From contig CAVWME010000015.1 in assembly GCA_963755935.1 (NCBI GenBank), positions 23,141-87,140 of the forward strand: a stretch of 64,000 bases of DNA. The letters run 5' to 3'. A program made the translations under genes and the position numbers. This stretch comes from an uncultured Gammaproteobacteria bacterium. Its GTDB lineage: Bacteria > Pseudomonadota > Gammaproteobacteria > Steroidobacterales > Steroidobacteraceae. Under the pieces are notes generated by a model, which did no database searches, had not been told where the DNA came from, and worked only from the letters and a program-made list of their open reading frames with translations. Of the stretch, positions 35,048 through 46,837 are shown piece by piece (position 1 is the stretch's first letter; each line of letters opens with the position of its first letter).

Positions 35048-35899
35048 ATGAAGATTGCACAGTCGAAAGTGATATGGACCCTGAGCTTGATCGGGATGAG
35101 CGCGGCCGCGTGGGCCGACTCGGCGGCGGTTGCCGATACCGCGCCGAAGAAACCCTCGCCGCAGGAGCCCGCGGGTTTCGTCGCCGGAGCGCTGATCGGT
35201 GCTTTCGCCGCAGGTCCGATTGGAGCCGTGGTCGGCGCCGGGGTCGGTACCTGGCTCGGCTCGCGCGTGCATCGCGCGCACGACGCGGGCAAGGCCGAGG
35301 CGAAGGTCGCCGTCTTGCAGAACGACAGGGAGCTGCTCGAGAAGGAGACCGCCGAGCTCAAGGGCGAGAGCGCGGCACTCGCGAGCGCCAAGAACGATCT
35401 GGAGGAGACCAATCGCGCCCTCACGGCGCGGCTCGACCAGCTTGCGCACACCGTGGAGACGGCCCAGGAAGCGACCGACGACGCGGCCCGCGAGCAAGCG
35501 GCCAAGGTGATCGATGGGCTGCAGGGGGACGTGTTGTTCCGCACCGGCAGTGCGGAGATCGACGCGGACACCGCGCGCGACATCGGGGTGATCGCCGGCG
35601 TGCTCACCAAGTCGCCGGCGCTGACCGTGCGACTCGACGGCTATGCCGACCCGCGCGGGAGCGATGAGCTCAATCTCAAGCTCTCGCAGGCGCGGGCCGA
35701 CGCAGTGCGCGATCTGCTCGTCAGTGCGGGGGTGCAGGAGCAGGCGCTCGAGGTAAACGCCTATGGCAAGAGTCAGAGTACGGCGCAAGACGTCGACGGC
35801 TACGCATTCGAGCGCCGGGTTCGCCTCACGCTGCAGGCCGCGCCTCCCGCGCCGCTTGCGCAGGTCAGCGAGGCCGTCCCGCAGACGGAGCCGCGCTGA
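35048..35899 (+). CDS. OmpA/MotB-domain protein with a glycine-zipper segment and a coiled coil
   Basis: ATG 35048 (part of ORF 34991..35899). It has a signal peptide ...AAAWA/DS, a glycine zipper GALIGAFAAGPIGAVVGAGVGTWLG, a heptad-like central region, and OmpA_C (VLFRTGSAEID...RLDGYADPRGSDELNLKLSQARADAV). Confidence 0.8.
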   Translation: MKIAQSKVIWTLSLIGMSAAAWADSAAVADTAPKKPSPQEPAGFVAGALIGAFAAGPIGAVVGAGVGTWLGSRVHRAHDAGKAEAKVAVLQNDRELLEKETAELKGESAALASAKNDLEETNRALTARLDQLAHTVETAQEATDDAAREQAAKVIDGLQGDVLFRTGSAEIDADTARDIGVIAGVLTKSPALTVRLDGYADPRGSDELNLKLSQARADAVRDLLVSAGVQEQALEVNAYGKSQSTAQDVDGYAFERRVRLTLQAAPPAPLAQVSEAVPQTEPR

Positions 35900-35972
35900 T
35901 AGAGAGCGGCTCGGCGCAACGATGCGTCGAGCCGCCCTTGTCTCTGGGCGCCTCGCGCACTTACGATAGGCC

Positions 35973-36335
35973 ATGGCAGATCACCCCAAGATCGTGGCGC
36001 TCGATCGCTATCAGACCGGCGAATCTGCCAATCCCTCGCCTGAGAAGATCTTGGTCGGTATACCGCGCGTCCGGGTTTCCAATCAATTCACCGACCCGAC
36101 GCAGCAATTCTTCTGCGGTTTCTGGTCGAGTACCAGTGGCAAATGGCGCGTGCGCTACACCGAGTACGAGCTGTGCGTGCTGATCGAGGGTCGAGTGCGC
36201 CTCGAGTCGTCACATGGTGAGAAGAACGATTTCCGGGCAGGTGATGCGTTTCTCGTCCCCGCAGGCTACGAGGGCACCTGGGAAGTGGCCGAGCCCTGCA
36301 AGAAATGGTACGCGGTATTCGAGTGCAAGGTCTGA
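35973..36335 (+). CDS. cupin-fold protein (DUF861/EutQ-like)
   Basis: 120 aa with FFCGFWSSTSGKWRVRYTEYELCVLIEGRVRL...AGDAFLVPAGYEGTWEV. Confidence 0.7.
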   Translation: MADHPKIVALDRYQTGESANPSPEKILVGIPRVRVSNQFTDPTQQFFCGFWSSTSGKWRVRYTEYELCVLIEGRVRLESSHGEKNDFRAGDAFLVPAGYEGTWEVAEPCKKWYAVFECKV

Positions 36336-36350
36336 CGCGCTAGCCTGACC

Positions 36351-36376
36351 GGGCGCCGCGCTTGCGCGGCGCGCCC
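36351..36376. terminator. GC-rich hairpin between convergent genes (possible bidirectional terminator)
   Basis: gggcgccgcgc-tt-gcgcggcgcgccc forms about 11 bp with a small bulge. It lies 16 nt after the cupin stop and 8 nt after the aminotransferase stop. The U-tract is weak. Confidence 0.4.
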
Positions 36377-36383
36377 CAGCGTT

Positions 36384-37722
36384 TCAAGCCGTGTCGCGGA
36401 TCGCCCCAGCGAGCGTCTCGACGATCTGCGCGATCTGCTGCTCTTCTATGATCAGCGGCGGGGACAGGGCGATCGTGTCGCCCGTGACCCGCACCATCAC
36501 GCCACGCTCGAAGCACTTCAAGAACACATCGAAGCCCCGCGTGCCCGGTTTGCCAGGCCGCGGCTCGAGCTCGACGGCACCGATCAGGCCAAAGTTGCGG
36601 ATGTCGACAACATTCGCGGGCCCGCGAATCGAGTGCACCGCCTCCTCCCAGGTTGGGGCGAGCTCGGCGGCCCGGGTGAGCAAGCCCTCGCGCGTATACA
36701 CCTCGAGCGTTGCGAGCGCTGCGGCGCAGGCGGCCGGATGGGCCGAATAGGTGTAACCGTGAAACAGCTCGATGGCGTTGTCCGGCCCTTGCATGAAGGC
36801 GTCATAGATCTTGCGCTGCGCGAACACCGCGCCCATGGGAATGGCGCCATTGGTGAGTCCCTTGGCGGTTGTCATGAGGTCGGGGGTGACATCGAAGAGC
36901 CTGGGACGCAAAGGGCTTGCCGATGCGGCCGAATCCCGTGATGACTTCGTCGAATATCAGCAAGATGTCGTGCTTGTCGCAGATCTCGCGCAAACGCTTC
37001 AAGTATCCCACGGGCGGCAATATCACGCCGGCGGAGCCGGCAATGGGCTCGACGATGACGGCCGCGATATTCGATGCGTCGTGCAGGGCGATGAGCCGCT
37101 CCAGCTCGTTCGCGAGGTGCATGCCCCAGTGCGGCAGCCCGCGCGAGAACGCGTTGTGCCCGATGTCGAGCGTATGCGGCAAATGATCGACGCTCGGCAG
37201 CAGCGCCCCCGCGAAGAACTTGCGATTGTTCACCATGCCGCCGACCGACATGCCGCCGAAACCGACGCCGTGATAGCCCTTCTCGCGGCCGATGAGGCGC
37301 GTGCGCTGGCCTTGGCCGCGCGCGCGTTGATAGGCGATTGCGATCTTCAATGCCGTGTCGACCGATTCGGATCCCGAGTTGGTGAAGAACACCCGATCCA
37401 TGCCCGGCGGGGCGATCGCGGCCAGCCGGTTCGCGAGCTCGAAGGCGAGGGGATGGCCCATCTGGAAGGTGGGCGCATATTCCATGGTGCCGAGCTGCTG
37501 CGCGACGGCCTCGGTGATTTCGCGGCGGCTGTGTCCGGCATTAACACACCACAGGCCCGCCACCGCATCGAGTACCTGCCGTCCATCGGCGGTCCAGTAG
37601 TGCATGCCCTCGGCGCGGGTGAGCAGGCGGGGATTTCCCTTGAACTGGCGGTTGGCCGTGAACGGCATCCAGAAGGCATCGAGATCGGTCGGCGCGGGAT
37701 CGGGTGTGATGCGGGCATTCAT
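36384..37722 (-). pseudogene. class III omega-amino acid:pyruvate aminotransferase (BauA/SpuC-like); one apparent frameshift
   Basis: The N-terminal part is ORF 36802..37722 (WMPFTANRQF...GLWCVNAGH...FDEVITGFGRIGKPFASQ). The C-terminal part is ORF 36384..36911 (LFDVTPDLMTTAKGLTNG..., containing the PLP lysine). They are joined by removing one G near 36,900. Confidence 0.85.
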
Positions 37723-37861
37723 GGCGAAAATCCTTTCCGATGCGGAGGGGCTTTATGCGACCCAGCACAGCCCCATATTGCGGGTCGGCTGATAAGAAAA
37801 TTCAACACCTACCCTATTTTAGCTGAATCTTTGCTCAATACTGTTTAAAATAATCGACACT

Positions 37862-38410
37862 ATGGCTCTCGACGTCGGTGCTCACCTCAAAGCCGTGCGG
37901 CAGATGTACGGTCTCTCGCAGCGCGAGCTGGCAAAGCGCGCGGGGGTGACCAACGGCCTCATTTCGCTCATCGAGCAGAACCGCGTCAGCCCCTCGGTGT
38001 CCTCGCTCAAGAAGGTGCTCGACGGCATCCCCATGGCGCTCGCCGAATTTTTCACCTTAGATCTTGCCGGCCAGGTCCAGGTGTTTTTCCCGCGATCGGA
38101 ACTCGCCGACATCGGCACCGGGGCGGTGGAGCTGCGGCTGGTCGGCGGCCGCCTGGCGAAGCGCAGCATGTCGATCCTGCACGAGTGCTACGCGCCCGGT
38201 GCGGACACGGGCGAGGAGATGCTGACGCATGCGGGCGAGGAGGGCGGCGTGATCGTCAAGGGCCGCATCGAGCTGTCGGTGGGCGGCGAATCGCGCGTCC
38301 TGACCGCGGGCGACGCGTACTACTTCAAGAGCTCGATCCCACACCGCTTCCGCAATCCCGGGCGCGACGAGTGCGAGATCGTGAGCGCGAGCTCGCCGCC
38401 GACGTTTTAG
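37862..38410 (+). CDS. XRE-family HTH plus cupin transcriptional regulator (PuuR-like)
   Basis: 182 aa with the HTH LSQRELAKRAGVTNGLISLIEQN and a C-terminal cupin (GGVIVKGRIEL...AGDAYYFKSSIPHRFRN). Confidence 0.8.
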   Translation: MALDVGAHLKAVRQMYGLSQRELAKRAGVTNGLISLIEQNRVSPSVSSLKKVLDGIPMALAEFFTLDLAGQVQVFFPRSELADIGTGAVELRLVGGRLAKRSMSILHECYAPGADTGEEMLTHAGEEGGVIVKGRIELSVGGESRVLTAGDAYYFKSSIPHRFRNPGRDECEIVSASSPPTF

Positions 38411-38434
38411 CCTTTTCCAGGTAGCATACCGGCC

Positions 38435-39307
38435 ATGAGCAAAGTGACGAGTGGCGGCGACGCAGATGGCGTGCAGCTGGGACCGCGAGGCCAACGTGGC
38501 GCGCGCCGAGAAGCTGATTCGCGAGGCGGCGCGGCGCGGCGCAAACGTCGTGCTGATTCAGGAGCTGTTCGAGACACCCTACTTCTGCAAGGATCACGCC
38601 GCGCGCTATTTCGATCTCGCCAAGCCGCTCGAGGGCCATCCGGCCGTCGAGCACTTCCGCGCGCTCGCACGCGAGCTCGACGTGGTGTTGCCGGTGAGCG
38701 TGTTCGAGCATGCGAACAATGCCTTCTACAATTCCGTGGTCATGGTGGATGCGGGCGGCGAGGTGCTCGGCAGCTACCGCAAATCGCACATCCCGGAGGG
38801 CCCGGGCTACCACGAGAAGTATTATTTCTCGCCGGGCGACACGGGCTTCAAGGTATTCGACACGCAAGTTTGCGAAGCTCGGCGTCGCGATCTGCTGGGA
38901 TCAGTGGTTTCCCGAGACCGCGCGCGCCATGGCGCTCATGGGCGCCGAGATCCTCATGTTTCCGACGGCCATCGGCTCCGAGCCGCACGATCCGAGCCTC
39001 GATTCCGCGGCGCATTGGCAGCGGACCATGCAGGGTCACGCGGCGGCGAACGTGATGCCTCTGGTCGCCTCGAATCGCATCGGCGTCGAGGAAGGCGCGC
39101 ACTATGCGATGACCTTCTACGGCTCCTCCTTCATCGCCTCGCATACCGGCGAGAAGATCGCCGAGGCGGACCGCACGCAGCGAGACCGTGCTCACCGCCG
39201 AGTTCGATCTCGACGCCGTGCGCCGCTACCGGCAAGCCTGGGGCCTGTTTCGCGATCGCCGCCCCGACCTCTATTACCCGTTGCTGTCGCTCGATGGACG
39301 CGCCTGA
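38435..39307 (+). pseudogene. aguB: N-carbamoylputrescine amidase; two to three apparent +1 frameshifts
   Basis: Nitrilase-superfamily residues: E in LIQELF, K in YRKSHIP, C in GVAICWDQWFPE. The protein is readable as MSKVT / VAATQMACSWD...GFKVFDT / KFAKLGVAICWDQ...EADRTQ / ETVLTAEFDLDAVRRYRQAWGLFRDRRPDLY. The shifts lie near 38,450, 38,868 and 39,180. Confidence 0.8.
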
Positions 39308-40778
39308 GGTCCGCGCGCTTCCCACGGACCTGGTGTTTGTCGACTTAGAGACGACCGGCGGCAACGCGGCCCATCACCGGATCATCGAGATCGGCATCGT
39401 CCGGTTGCGTGACGGGGTGGTGATCGAGGAATGGAGCACGCTCGTCAATCCCGAGTGCATGATTCCCCCGTACATCGAGAGCTTCACCGGCATCAGCAAC
39501 GACATGGTGGGCGTCCGCACCGCGCTTCGCCGATATCGGCCGGACTCGTGCTGGAGAAGCTCAAGCCGGCGACGGCAGCGCCTGTGTTCGTGGCTCACAA
39601 CGCGCGCTTCGATTACGGATTCCTGCGCGCGGAATTCCGCCGCGCGGACTTAGCCTTCTGCGCGCCGGTGCTCTGCACCGTGAAGCTTTCGCGCCGCCTG
39701 TTTCCGGATGAGCTGCGGCACAATCTCGACGCCGTGATGGAGCGCCATGGCCTCAGATGCAGCGCGCGTCACCGCGCGCTCGGCGATGCGCAGGTCATCC
39801 GCGACTTCTGGATCACGCTCTGCCGAGAGCTGCCCGCGGACACGCTCGCGGCCGCGGCACATGCCGCGATGGGCGCCGTGAAGCTTCCGCCGCACCTTCC
39901 CGAGGGGCTGCCGGACGAATTGCCGGAAGGCCCCGGGATGTATCGCTTCTTCGGCGCGAGCGCCGAGGGCGAGGTACTCCTTTATGTGGGCCGAGCGGGA
40001 TCGTATACGTAGCGCCATCCTCGGCCATTTTGCCGCCGATGGCGCGGCGCGCGGTGCGCGGGCAGCCGCGGACGCGGCACCCCGCCCGCGGAGGCGGTGC
40101 GGCGCATCGAGTGGGAGGAGACCGCCGGCGAGCTCGGCGCCGCGTTGCTCGAGCTCAGAGCGCTGCGCGACCCAGACACCGCTCTACAACCGCCACATTC
40201 GGCCCCGCCGAGCGCAGCGTCACCTTGAAGCTGGCCGAGGACTCGGGCGCGCTCGCGATCGTCCCGTGGATGAGCTCGAGCCGTTCGAGCTCGACGAGTG
40301 CTTCGGGATATTTCACGCGCCCAAGGACGCCCGCAGGGCGCTCGGCGAAATCGCCGCGGCACGCGAGCTGTGTCTCAAGATCTGGGCCTCGAGGAAAGCG
40401 CCGGCTCCTGTCTCGCGCACCCGCTCGGCCGCTGCAAGGGCGCCTGCATCGGCAAGGAGCCGCTCGTCCTGCACGCGGTGCGCGTGCAGATGGCCCTTGC
40501 GTCCTTGAAACTCAAGGCGTGGCCGTTTCCGGGTCGCGTGGCATTGCGCGAGCGCAGCGCCTTCGGCGCCGAGGTACTGCACGTTCTCGATCGTTGGAGG
40601 TATCTCGGCACCGCGCACAGCGAGGAGGAGCTCGCCGCGCTCGCCGCAGCGAGCCGCCCCGCAGGAGTTCGATCCTCAGCTCTATAAGGTGCTGGCGCGT
40701 TATTTCGCCAAGCATCCGAAGCTCGATTGGCACGACCTCGAGGCGCAACCCCGCGCCGATTCCCTCGATCAGCGCTGA
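39294..40778 (+). pseudogene. DnaQ-like 3'-5' exonuclease fused to a GIY-YIG (Cho/UvrC-N-like) nuclease; at least eight apparent frameshifts
   Basis: These motifs are scattered over all three frames: FVDLETTGG, VFVAHNARFDYGFL, HRALGDA, GMYRFFG...LLYVGRA, IRSAILGHF, RRIEWEETAGELGAALLEL, TPLYNR, LGRCKGACIG, PFPGRVAL. Confidence 0.65.
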
Positions 40779-40788
40779 TGTCTCCTGC

Positions 40789-42966
40789 GTGAGCGACGAC
40801 GTCCGCTACTGGATTGCGACGGCGCCGATCGGCGCCGCCTCGGTTCTCGCCGAGGAGCTGCAGCAATTCGGCGCAAGCGACATTCGCGAGCGCAGCCATG
40901 ACGTGAAGTTTCAGGGCGCGCTCGAGGTCGGCTACCGGGCGTGCCTATGGTCGCGCACGGCGACCCGGGTGTTGCTCAGCGTGGGATCGATCGAGGCTAA
41001 GAACCTCTCGCGAGCTGTTCGAGGCCGCGAAGCGAATCGATTGGCGCCGCCATCTTGCGCCCGGCGCGACGCTCGCTTGCGAGTGCAGCGGCGCGAACGC
41101 CGCCATTCGCCACACCCTCTATGGCTCGCAGCTCCTCAAAGATGCCGTGTGCGACGGGCTGCGCGAATCGACGGGCGTGCGTCCGGACATCGCGCCCGAG
41201 CGTCCCGACGTGCGGCTGCATTTGCACGTCGAGGCCACCACCGCCCTCGTATCGGTGGATTTCTCGGGTGAGAGCCTGCACCGGCGCGGCTATCGGACGG
41301 AGGGCGGACGGGCGCCGCTCAAGGAGAACGTGGCGGCCGCGATTTTGCTGCGCGCCGGCTGGGTCGATCTCGAGCGCGCGGGCGGCGCGCTGGTCGATCC
41401 CATGTGCGGTTCCGGCACTTTCCTCACCGAGGCGGCGCTTATCGCCGGCGATATCGCTCCCGCCCTCGGCCGGGAGTATTTCGGCTTTCTCGGCTGGCAG
41501 GGTCACGACCCGGCGCTTTGGGAGCGGCTGCGCGCGGAGGCGCTCGCGCGCCGCGCGGCGCGCACGCCGCGCCGCTGCATCGTGGGCTCGGATGCCGACG
41601 CCGCGGCAGTGCGCATGGCGCTCGCGAACGGCGCCAATGCCGGCCTCGCCGATTGGTTGCACGTCGAGCGGCGCGCGCTCGCCACCGCCGCGCCGCCGCC
41701 CCGCGCCCGTGAGCGGTCTGGTCGTAACGAATCCGCCTTACGGCGAGCGCATCGGCTCGGAGTCAGGCCTCGCCGAGCTCTATGGCGAGCTCGGCCGCGT
41801 GCTGCGCGAGAGATTTCATGGCTGGCAGGCCGCGATCCTCTCGGGCAATCCCGATCTCGCGCGCCACCTCGGCATGTACGCGAAGCGCACGCATCGGGTG
41901 TTCAACGGCGACCTCGAATGCCGGCTGCTGCGATTCGACTTGGGCGAGACGCGCGAGCCGCGCACGCCCGAGGTGGCGCGCGCCGAGCGATCGAAGCGGC
42001 CGGGCGCACAGATGTTCGCCAACCGGTTGCGCAAGAATCTCGCGCGCCTCGACCCTTGGGCCGAGCGCGAGCACATCGATTGCTACCGCCTTTACGATGC
42101 GGACATGCCGGAATATGCGTTCGCCATCGATCTGTACGGCCGCGAGCCGCGGCACGTATGCCTGCAGGAGTACGCCGCACCCAAGACGGTGGACATTCAG
42201 GGCGCGCGCGAGCGCCGCCGGGACGTGCTGGCGGCGTTGCCCCAAGTCTTGCAAGTTCCGCTCGAGCAGATTCATTCGCGCGTGCGCAAGCCGCAAAAGG
42301 GGGCCGAGCAGTACGAGAAACGCGCGCTCGACGCAGGCCGAATAGCGGTGCGCGAAGCGGGGCTAGGGTTCTGGGTGAATTTTGGCGACTATCTGGACAC
42401 GGGGCTGTTCCTCGATCACCGTATCGTGCGCGGCATGCTGCGCGAGTGGGCCAGGGATGCGGATTTCTTGAATCTGTTCTGCTACACGGGGAGCGCCACG
42501 GTATATGCCGCCGCCGGCGGCGCGCGCTCGAGCGTGAGCGTCGATCTGTCGAACACCTATCTCGACTGGGCGCACGACAATCTCGTGCTCAATGGCTTCG
42601 CCGGTCCTAAGCATGAGCTCGAACCGCGCCGATTGCCGCAAGTGGCTCGAAGAGGAAGCGCCGCGCGGCCCGCGGTTCGATCTGATCTTCCTCGATCCTC
42701 CGACTTTCTCGAACTCGAAGCGCATGCAGGGCGTCCTCGACGTGCAGCGCGATCACGCCGTGATGATCCGCCACGCATTGCAGCTCTTGCGGCCGGCCGG
42801 CCGGCTGGTGTTCTCGACCAACTACAGCCGCTTCAAGCTCGACGCGGCCGCGCTCGGAGAGTTCGAGATCGAAGACATCAGCGCCCGCACCATCCCGAAG
42901 GACTTCGAGCGCCACGCGCGCATTCATCGCTGCTACGTCGTGCGGCACCGCGGGGCCGCGGCGTGA
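40789..42966 (+). pseudogene. rlmL: bifunctional 23S rRNA m2G2445/m7G2069 methyltransferase RlmL(KL); three apparent +1 frameshifts
   Basis: It is colinear with E. coli RlmL as I recall it: ACLWSRTATRVLL, LVDPMCGSGTFLTEAA, VVTNPPYGERIG, IDCYRLYDADMPEYAFAIDLY, WVNFGDYLDTGLFLDHR, FLNLFCYTGSATV, FDLIFLDPPTFSNSKRM. The shifts lie near 41,011, 41,700 and 42,621. The GTG 40789 start is tentative. Confidence 0.8.
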
Positions 42967-43913
42967 TGCTCAAGTTCCTGACGAGGCGGTTGCTGCTGTC
43001 GCTCATCACCCTGGCCATTCTGTCGGTGGTGGTGTTTCTCGGCGGTCAGCTCCTGCCGGGAGATGTGGGCCGCGCGGTGCTGGGGCCGCTCGCCGATGCG
43101 CGCGCGGTGGCCGTGTTCGATCACCAGGTGGGCGTCGACCGGCCCTTGTGGATTCAGTACTGGGACTGGATCACGCACTTCGTCGCGGGCGACATGGGCC
43201 GATCCTTCACCTTTCGCGCGCCGGTGGCGCCTTTCATCGGCGAGGCGCTCGCGAACTCGCTGAAGCTCGGCGCTCTCGCCTTCGTGCTGGTGGTGCCGCT
43301 GGGCATCGCCGGCGGCGTGTGGGCGGCGATGCGTGCCGGGCGCTTGAGCGACCGGATGCTGGTGCTGCTCGGCCAATCGCTCGGCGTCGTGCCGGAATTC
43401 ATCTCCTCGATCGTGCTCATCCTCGTGCTCGGCGTCTGGCTGCGCTGGCTGCCGATGTCGGCGGACTGGCCCGAAGGCACGCCGCCGTTGGCGCAGATCC
43501 GCTATCTCATCTTGCCGGCGCTGCCGCTGGTGCTGGTGTTCTTCGGCTATGTCGCGCGGGTGGCGCGGGTCGGCACCATCGAGGCGCTCGATGCGGATTA
43601 CACCCGCACCGCCGTCCTCAAGGGATTGTCGATGGCGGCGGTGATGCGCCGGCACGTGCTGCGCAATGCGCTGCTGCCCACCATCACCGTTACGGCGAGC
43701 CTGCTCGGATACCTCGCCGGCGGTCTCGTGGTCATCGAGACCATGTTTCACTATCGCGGCATCGGCGCGCTCATCTATACGGCCGCACGCGCCAAGGATT
43801 TTCCGATGCTGGAGGCGGGCGTGCTCACGGTGGGCGCCGTGTACGCGGTGGCCTCTGTGGCCGCCGACCTTTTGAGTGCCGCGCTCAATCCGCGGCTGCG
43901 CACCGCCGCATGA
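42966..43913 (+). CDS. ABC transporter permease (DppB/OppB-like)
   Basis: 315 aa, intact. It begins at ATG 42966, overlapping the rlmL stop. It has an EAA-type loop, DADYTRTAVLKGLSMAAVMRRHVLRNAL. Confidence 0.85.
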   Translation: MLKFLTRRLLLSLITLAILSVVVFLGGQLLPGDVGRAVLGPLADARAVAVFDHQVGVDRPLWIQYWDWITHFVAGDMGRSFTFRAPVAPFIGEALANSLKLGALAFVLVVPLGIAGGVWAAMRAGRLSDRMLVLLGQSLGVVPEFISSIVLILVLGVWLRWLPMSADWPEGTPPLAQIRYLILPALPLVLVFFGYVARVARVGTIEALDADYTRTAVLKGLSMAAVMRRHVLRNALLPTITVTASLLGYLAGGLVVIETMFHYRGIGALIYTAARAKDFPMLEAGVLTVGAVYAVASVAADLLSAALNPRLRTAA

Positions 43914-44785
43914 GCGCTCCGGCCACGGCGCTACGGCAAGCTTCGAGGGCCGCGGCCCGCAGCCGGGCGCGCGAGCGCTGGCAGGCGGCGCTGCGCTCGA
44001 CGACGCTGATCGCGGGCGTGTCGATTCTCGGATTCTGGATCGTGTGCGCGCTTTTGGGCGCGCGATTCGCGCCGCTCGACCCCTATGCCGACGATCTGCT
44101 CGCGACGCTCGCACCGCCGTCGGCCGCCCACTGGTTCGGCACCGATCAGCTCGGGCGCGACATCTTCTCGCGGGTCATCGTGGGCGCGCGCGACATCTTG
44201 ATCGTGGCGCCGCTCGCGACGCTCTTGGGTACCGTGCTCGGGACCGCGCTCGGCCTTGCGCTCGGCTACCTGCGCGGCGCGCTCGACGACGTCGCAAGCC
44301 GCGTGATCGAGGCGGTGCAGGCGCTGCCGCTGGTGATCGTCGCCCTCATGGCGCTCGCGGCGGTCGGCACCTCGGATCTCACCGTGGTGCTGGTGATCGG
44401 CTTCGTGTTCACGCCGCTCATCGCGCGCACGGTGCGCTCGGCCGTGCTGGTCGAGAGCGAGCTCGACTACGTGGCGGCTGCGCGGCTGCGCGGTGACGGC
44501 ACCCTCGCCATCATGTTCGTCGAGATCTTGCCGAACGTTCTGCCCATCGCCGTGGTGGAGATGACGGTGCGCCTGGGCTATGCGATCTTTTTCGTGGCGT
44601 CGTTGAGCTTCCTCGGCTTCGGCATTCAGCCGCCTTCCGCCGACTGGGGCATCGCGATCGCGGAGAATTACAGCCTGGTCGGCAGCTACTGGTGGACGGT
44701 GCTGTTCGATGCGGCCGCCACGGCTTCGCTCGTGATCGGCGTCAATCTGGTCGCCGACGGTCTCGCAGGAGTGTTCGAGGCATGA
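43910..44785 (+). CDS. ABC transporter permease (DppC/OppC-like)
   Basis: Starts at MSAPATALRQ (ATGA overlap with the upstream stop). It has HWFGTDQLGRDIFSRV and ELDYVAAARLRGDGTLAIMFVEILPN. Confidence 0.85.
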   Translation: MSAPATALRQASRAAARSRARERWQAALRSTTLIAGVSILGFWIVCALLGARFAPLDPYADDLLATLAPPSAAHWFGTDQLGRDIFSRVIVGARDILIVAPLATLLGTVLGTALGLALGYLRGALDDVASRVIEAVQALPLVIVALMALAAVGTSDLTVVLVIGFVFTPLIARTVRSAVLVESELDYVAAARLRGDGTLAIMFVEILPNVLPIAVVEMTVRLGYAIFFVASLSFLGFGIQPPSADWGIAIAENYSLVGSYWWTVLFDAAATASLVIGVNLVADGLAGVFEA

Positions 44786-46817
44786 GCGAGGCCTTGCGCA
44801 TCGAGCATCTCGAGGTCTCCTTTCGCGTCGGCCGGCGCGAGCGAAAAGTGGTATCCGACGTGAGCTTCGCGATCCGCCGCGGCGAGTCTTATGGACTGGT
44901 GGGTGAATCCGGCTGCGGCAAGTCGACCGTGGCGTTCGCCGCCATCCGCTATCTCGCGCGCAACGGCCGCGTGAGCGGCGGCCGCATCTGGGTCGATGGA
45001 CAGGATTTATGGTCGCTGTCAGCGAGGCAGCTGCGCCGCCTGCGCACGCACAGCGTCGCGATGGTCTATCAGGATCCGGCGCGCGCGCTCAATCCCGCCA
45101 TGCGCATCGGAACGCAGATGGCGGAGGTGTTCGAGGTCGCCGAGGGTCTGAAAGGGCGCGCCGCGCTCGAGCGCGCTGCGCAAATGCTCGCGCGCGTGCA
45201 GATCGCGAGTCCCGAGCGGGTGCTGCGGAACTATCCTCATGAGCTGTCGGGGGGCATGCAGCAGCGAGTGGTCATCGCCATGGCGCTGTCGATGAGCCCC
45301 GGACTATTGATCCTCGATGAGCCGACCACCGGACTCGACGCCACGGTCGAGGCCGAGGTGCTGGATCTCATCGCGCACCTGCGCGCCGAGCTCGGCAACG
45401 CCATCCTCTTCATCAGCCACAATCTGCCGGTGGTCGCGCGCCTGTGCGACCGCGTGGGGGTCTTGTACGCCGGCGAGCTCGTCGAGGAAGGGCCGGCCGC
45501 CGAGGTGTTCGGCGATCCGCGCCATCCCTACACCGTGGGGCTGCTGCGCTGCAGGCCCGCCTACGGTGCCCGCAAAGATCAAGGCCGGCTCGAGACCATT
45601 CCCGGCTTTCTGCCGGCGCCCGGTACCATCACCGGCCGTTGCGTGTATGCCGATCGCTGCGCGAACGCGACCGAGCGCTGTCGCGTCGAGGTCCCGCCTG
45701 CCGTCGATCTCGGGGGCCGCACTTCGCGCTGCTTCTATCCCGAGCGCGCGCCCGACTTGCCGCGTCAGGCCGCCTCGCCCAACCGCGACGCCAGCCTGCG
45801 CTCGCGCAGCCTGCGCACGCGCCGGCCGAGCAGGCGCAAGCCGTACCGCTCCTGCGCACACGCAACTTGTCGAAGACGTATCGGGTCGCCGGCCGGCCGC
45901 TCCAGGCGGTGCACGAGGTGACGCTCGATCTCTCGCCGGGCGAGACCCTGGGGCTCGTCGGCGAATCGGGTAGCGGCAAGAGCTCGCTCGCCAAGCTGTT
46001 GCTCGGCTTGTCCTCTCCAGATGAGGGGAGCCAAGTGCAGCTGCGCGGCGAGGCGTTGCCGGCGAGCGCCGACGATCGCACGCGCGAGCAGCTGAAAGCG
46101 CTGCAGATGGTCTTTCAGAACCCCGGCTCGGCGCTCAATCGGTCGCAGACCGTGCGCCGCCTGCTCGGGCGCTCGCTGCGCCTCGCCCGGCTCGCAGGTC
46201 CGGCGCGGGAGGCGCGGCTCGAGGAGCTGGCGGCATCGGTGCGGCTCACCCCCGCGCATCTCGATGAGAAGCCCCGCCGGCTCTCGGGCGGTCTCAAACA
46301 GCGCGTCGGCATCGCGCGCGCCTTCGCCGGCGGCCCGCGGGTGGTGGTGTGCGACGAGCCGACCTCGGCGCTCGACGTGTCGGTGCAGGCGGCGATCCTC
46401 AACCTGCTGGTCGATCTGCAAGCGCAGCAGCAGGTGGGCTACATCTTCATCTCGCACGATCTCAACGTCGTGCACTATCTATCGGATCGCATCGCGGTCC
46501 TCTATCTGGGACGGCTGATGGAGATCGGTCCGGCGGAGCGGGTGTTTTCGGGTCCGCATCATCCCTACACCGAGGCGCTGCTTTCGGCGAATCCGAGTCT
46601 CGAGAATGAGGACGCGCAGCGCATTCGCCTGCGCGGGGAGTTGCCGAATGTCTTGAATCTGCCGTCGGGCTGCGTGTTTCACACCCGTTGTCCGCGCAAG
46701 CTCGGCAGTATTTGCGAGCGCGAGGAGCCGCCGCTCATCGACGCCGGTCCAGGGCACGGGATTCGCTGCCACATTCCCGCCGCGGAGCTCGGCCGCACGC
46801 CGCCGCGGTCGGACTAG
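44782..46817 (+). pseudogene. fused double ABC ATPase (DppD-DppF-like); one apparent frameshift in the linker
   Basis: Domain 1 is in ORF 44692..45921 (GESGCGKST, LSGGMQQR, LILDEPTTGLD). Domain 2 is in ORF 45444..46817 (GESGSGKSS, LSGGLKQR, VVCDEPTSALD). No plausible start codon precedes the conserved LLRTRNLSKTY strand of domain 2, so a shift near 45,760-45,830 is the simplest reading. Confidence 0.7.
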
Positions 46818-46837
46818 ACTCGCCCGCGCCGGCCCGG

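Noticed and set aside
34199-35974. A 591-aa minus-strand ORF.
   Set aside because: It is antisense to yhhQ and the OmpA-like gene, both of which have clear family motifs. It has the Arg-rich composition typical of high-GC shadow ORFs.
42933-44114. A 393-aa minus-strand ORF across the ABC permeases.
   Set aside because: It is antisense to two intact permease genes and has an Arg/His/Gln-rich low-complexity composition.
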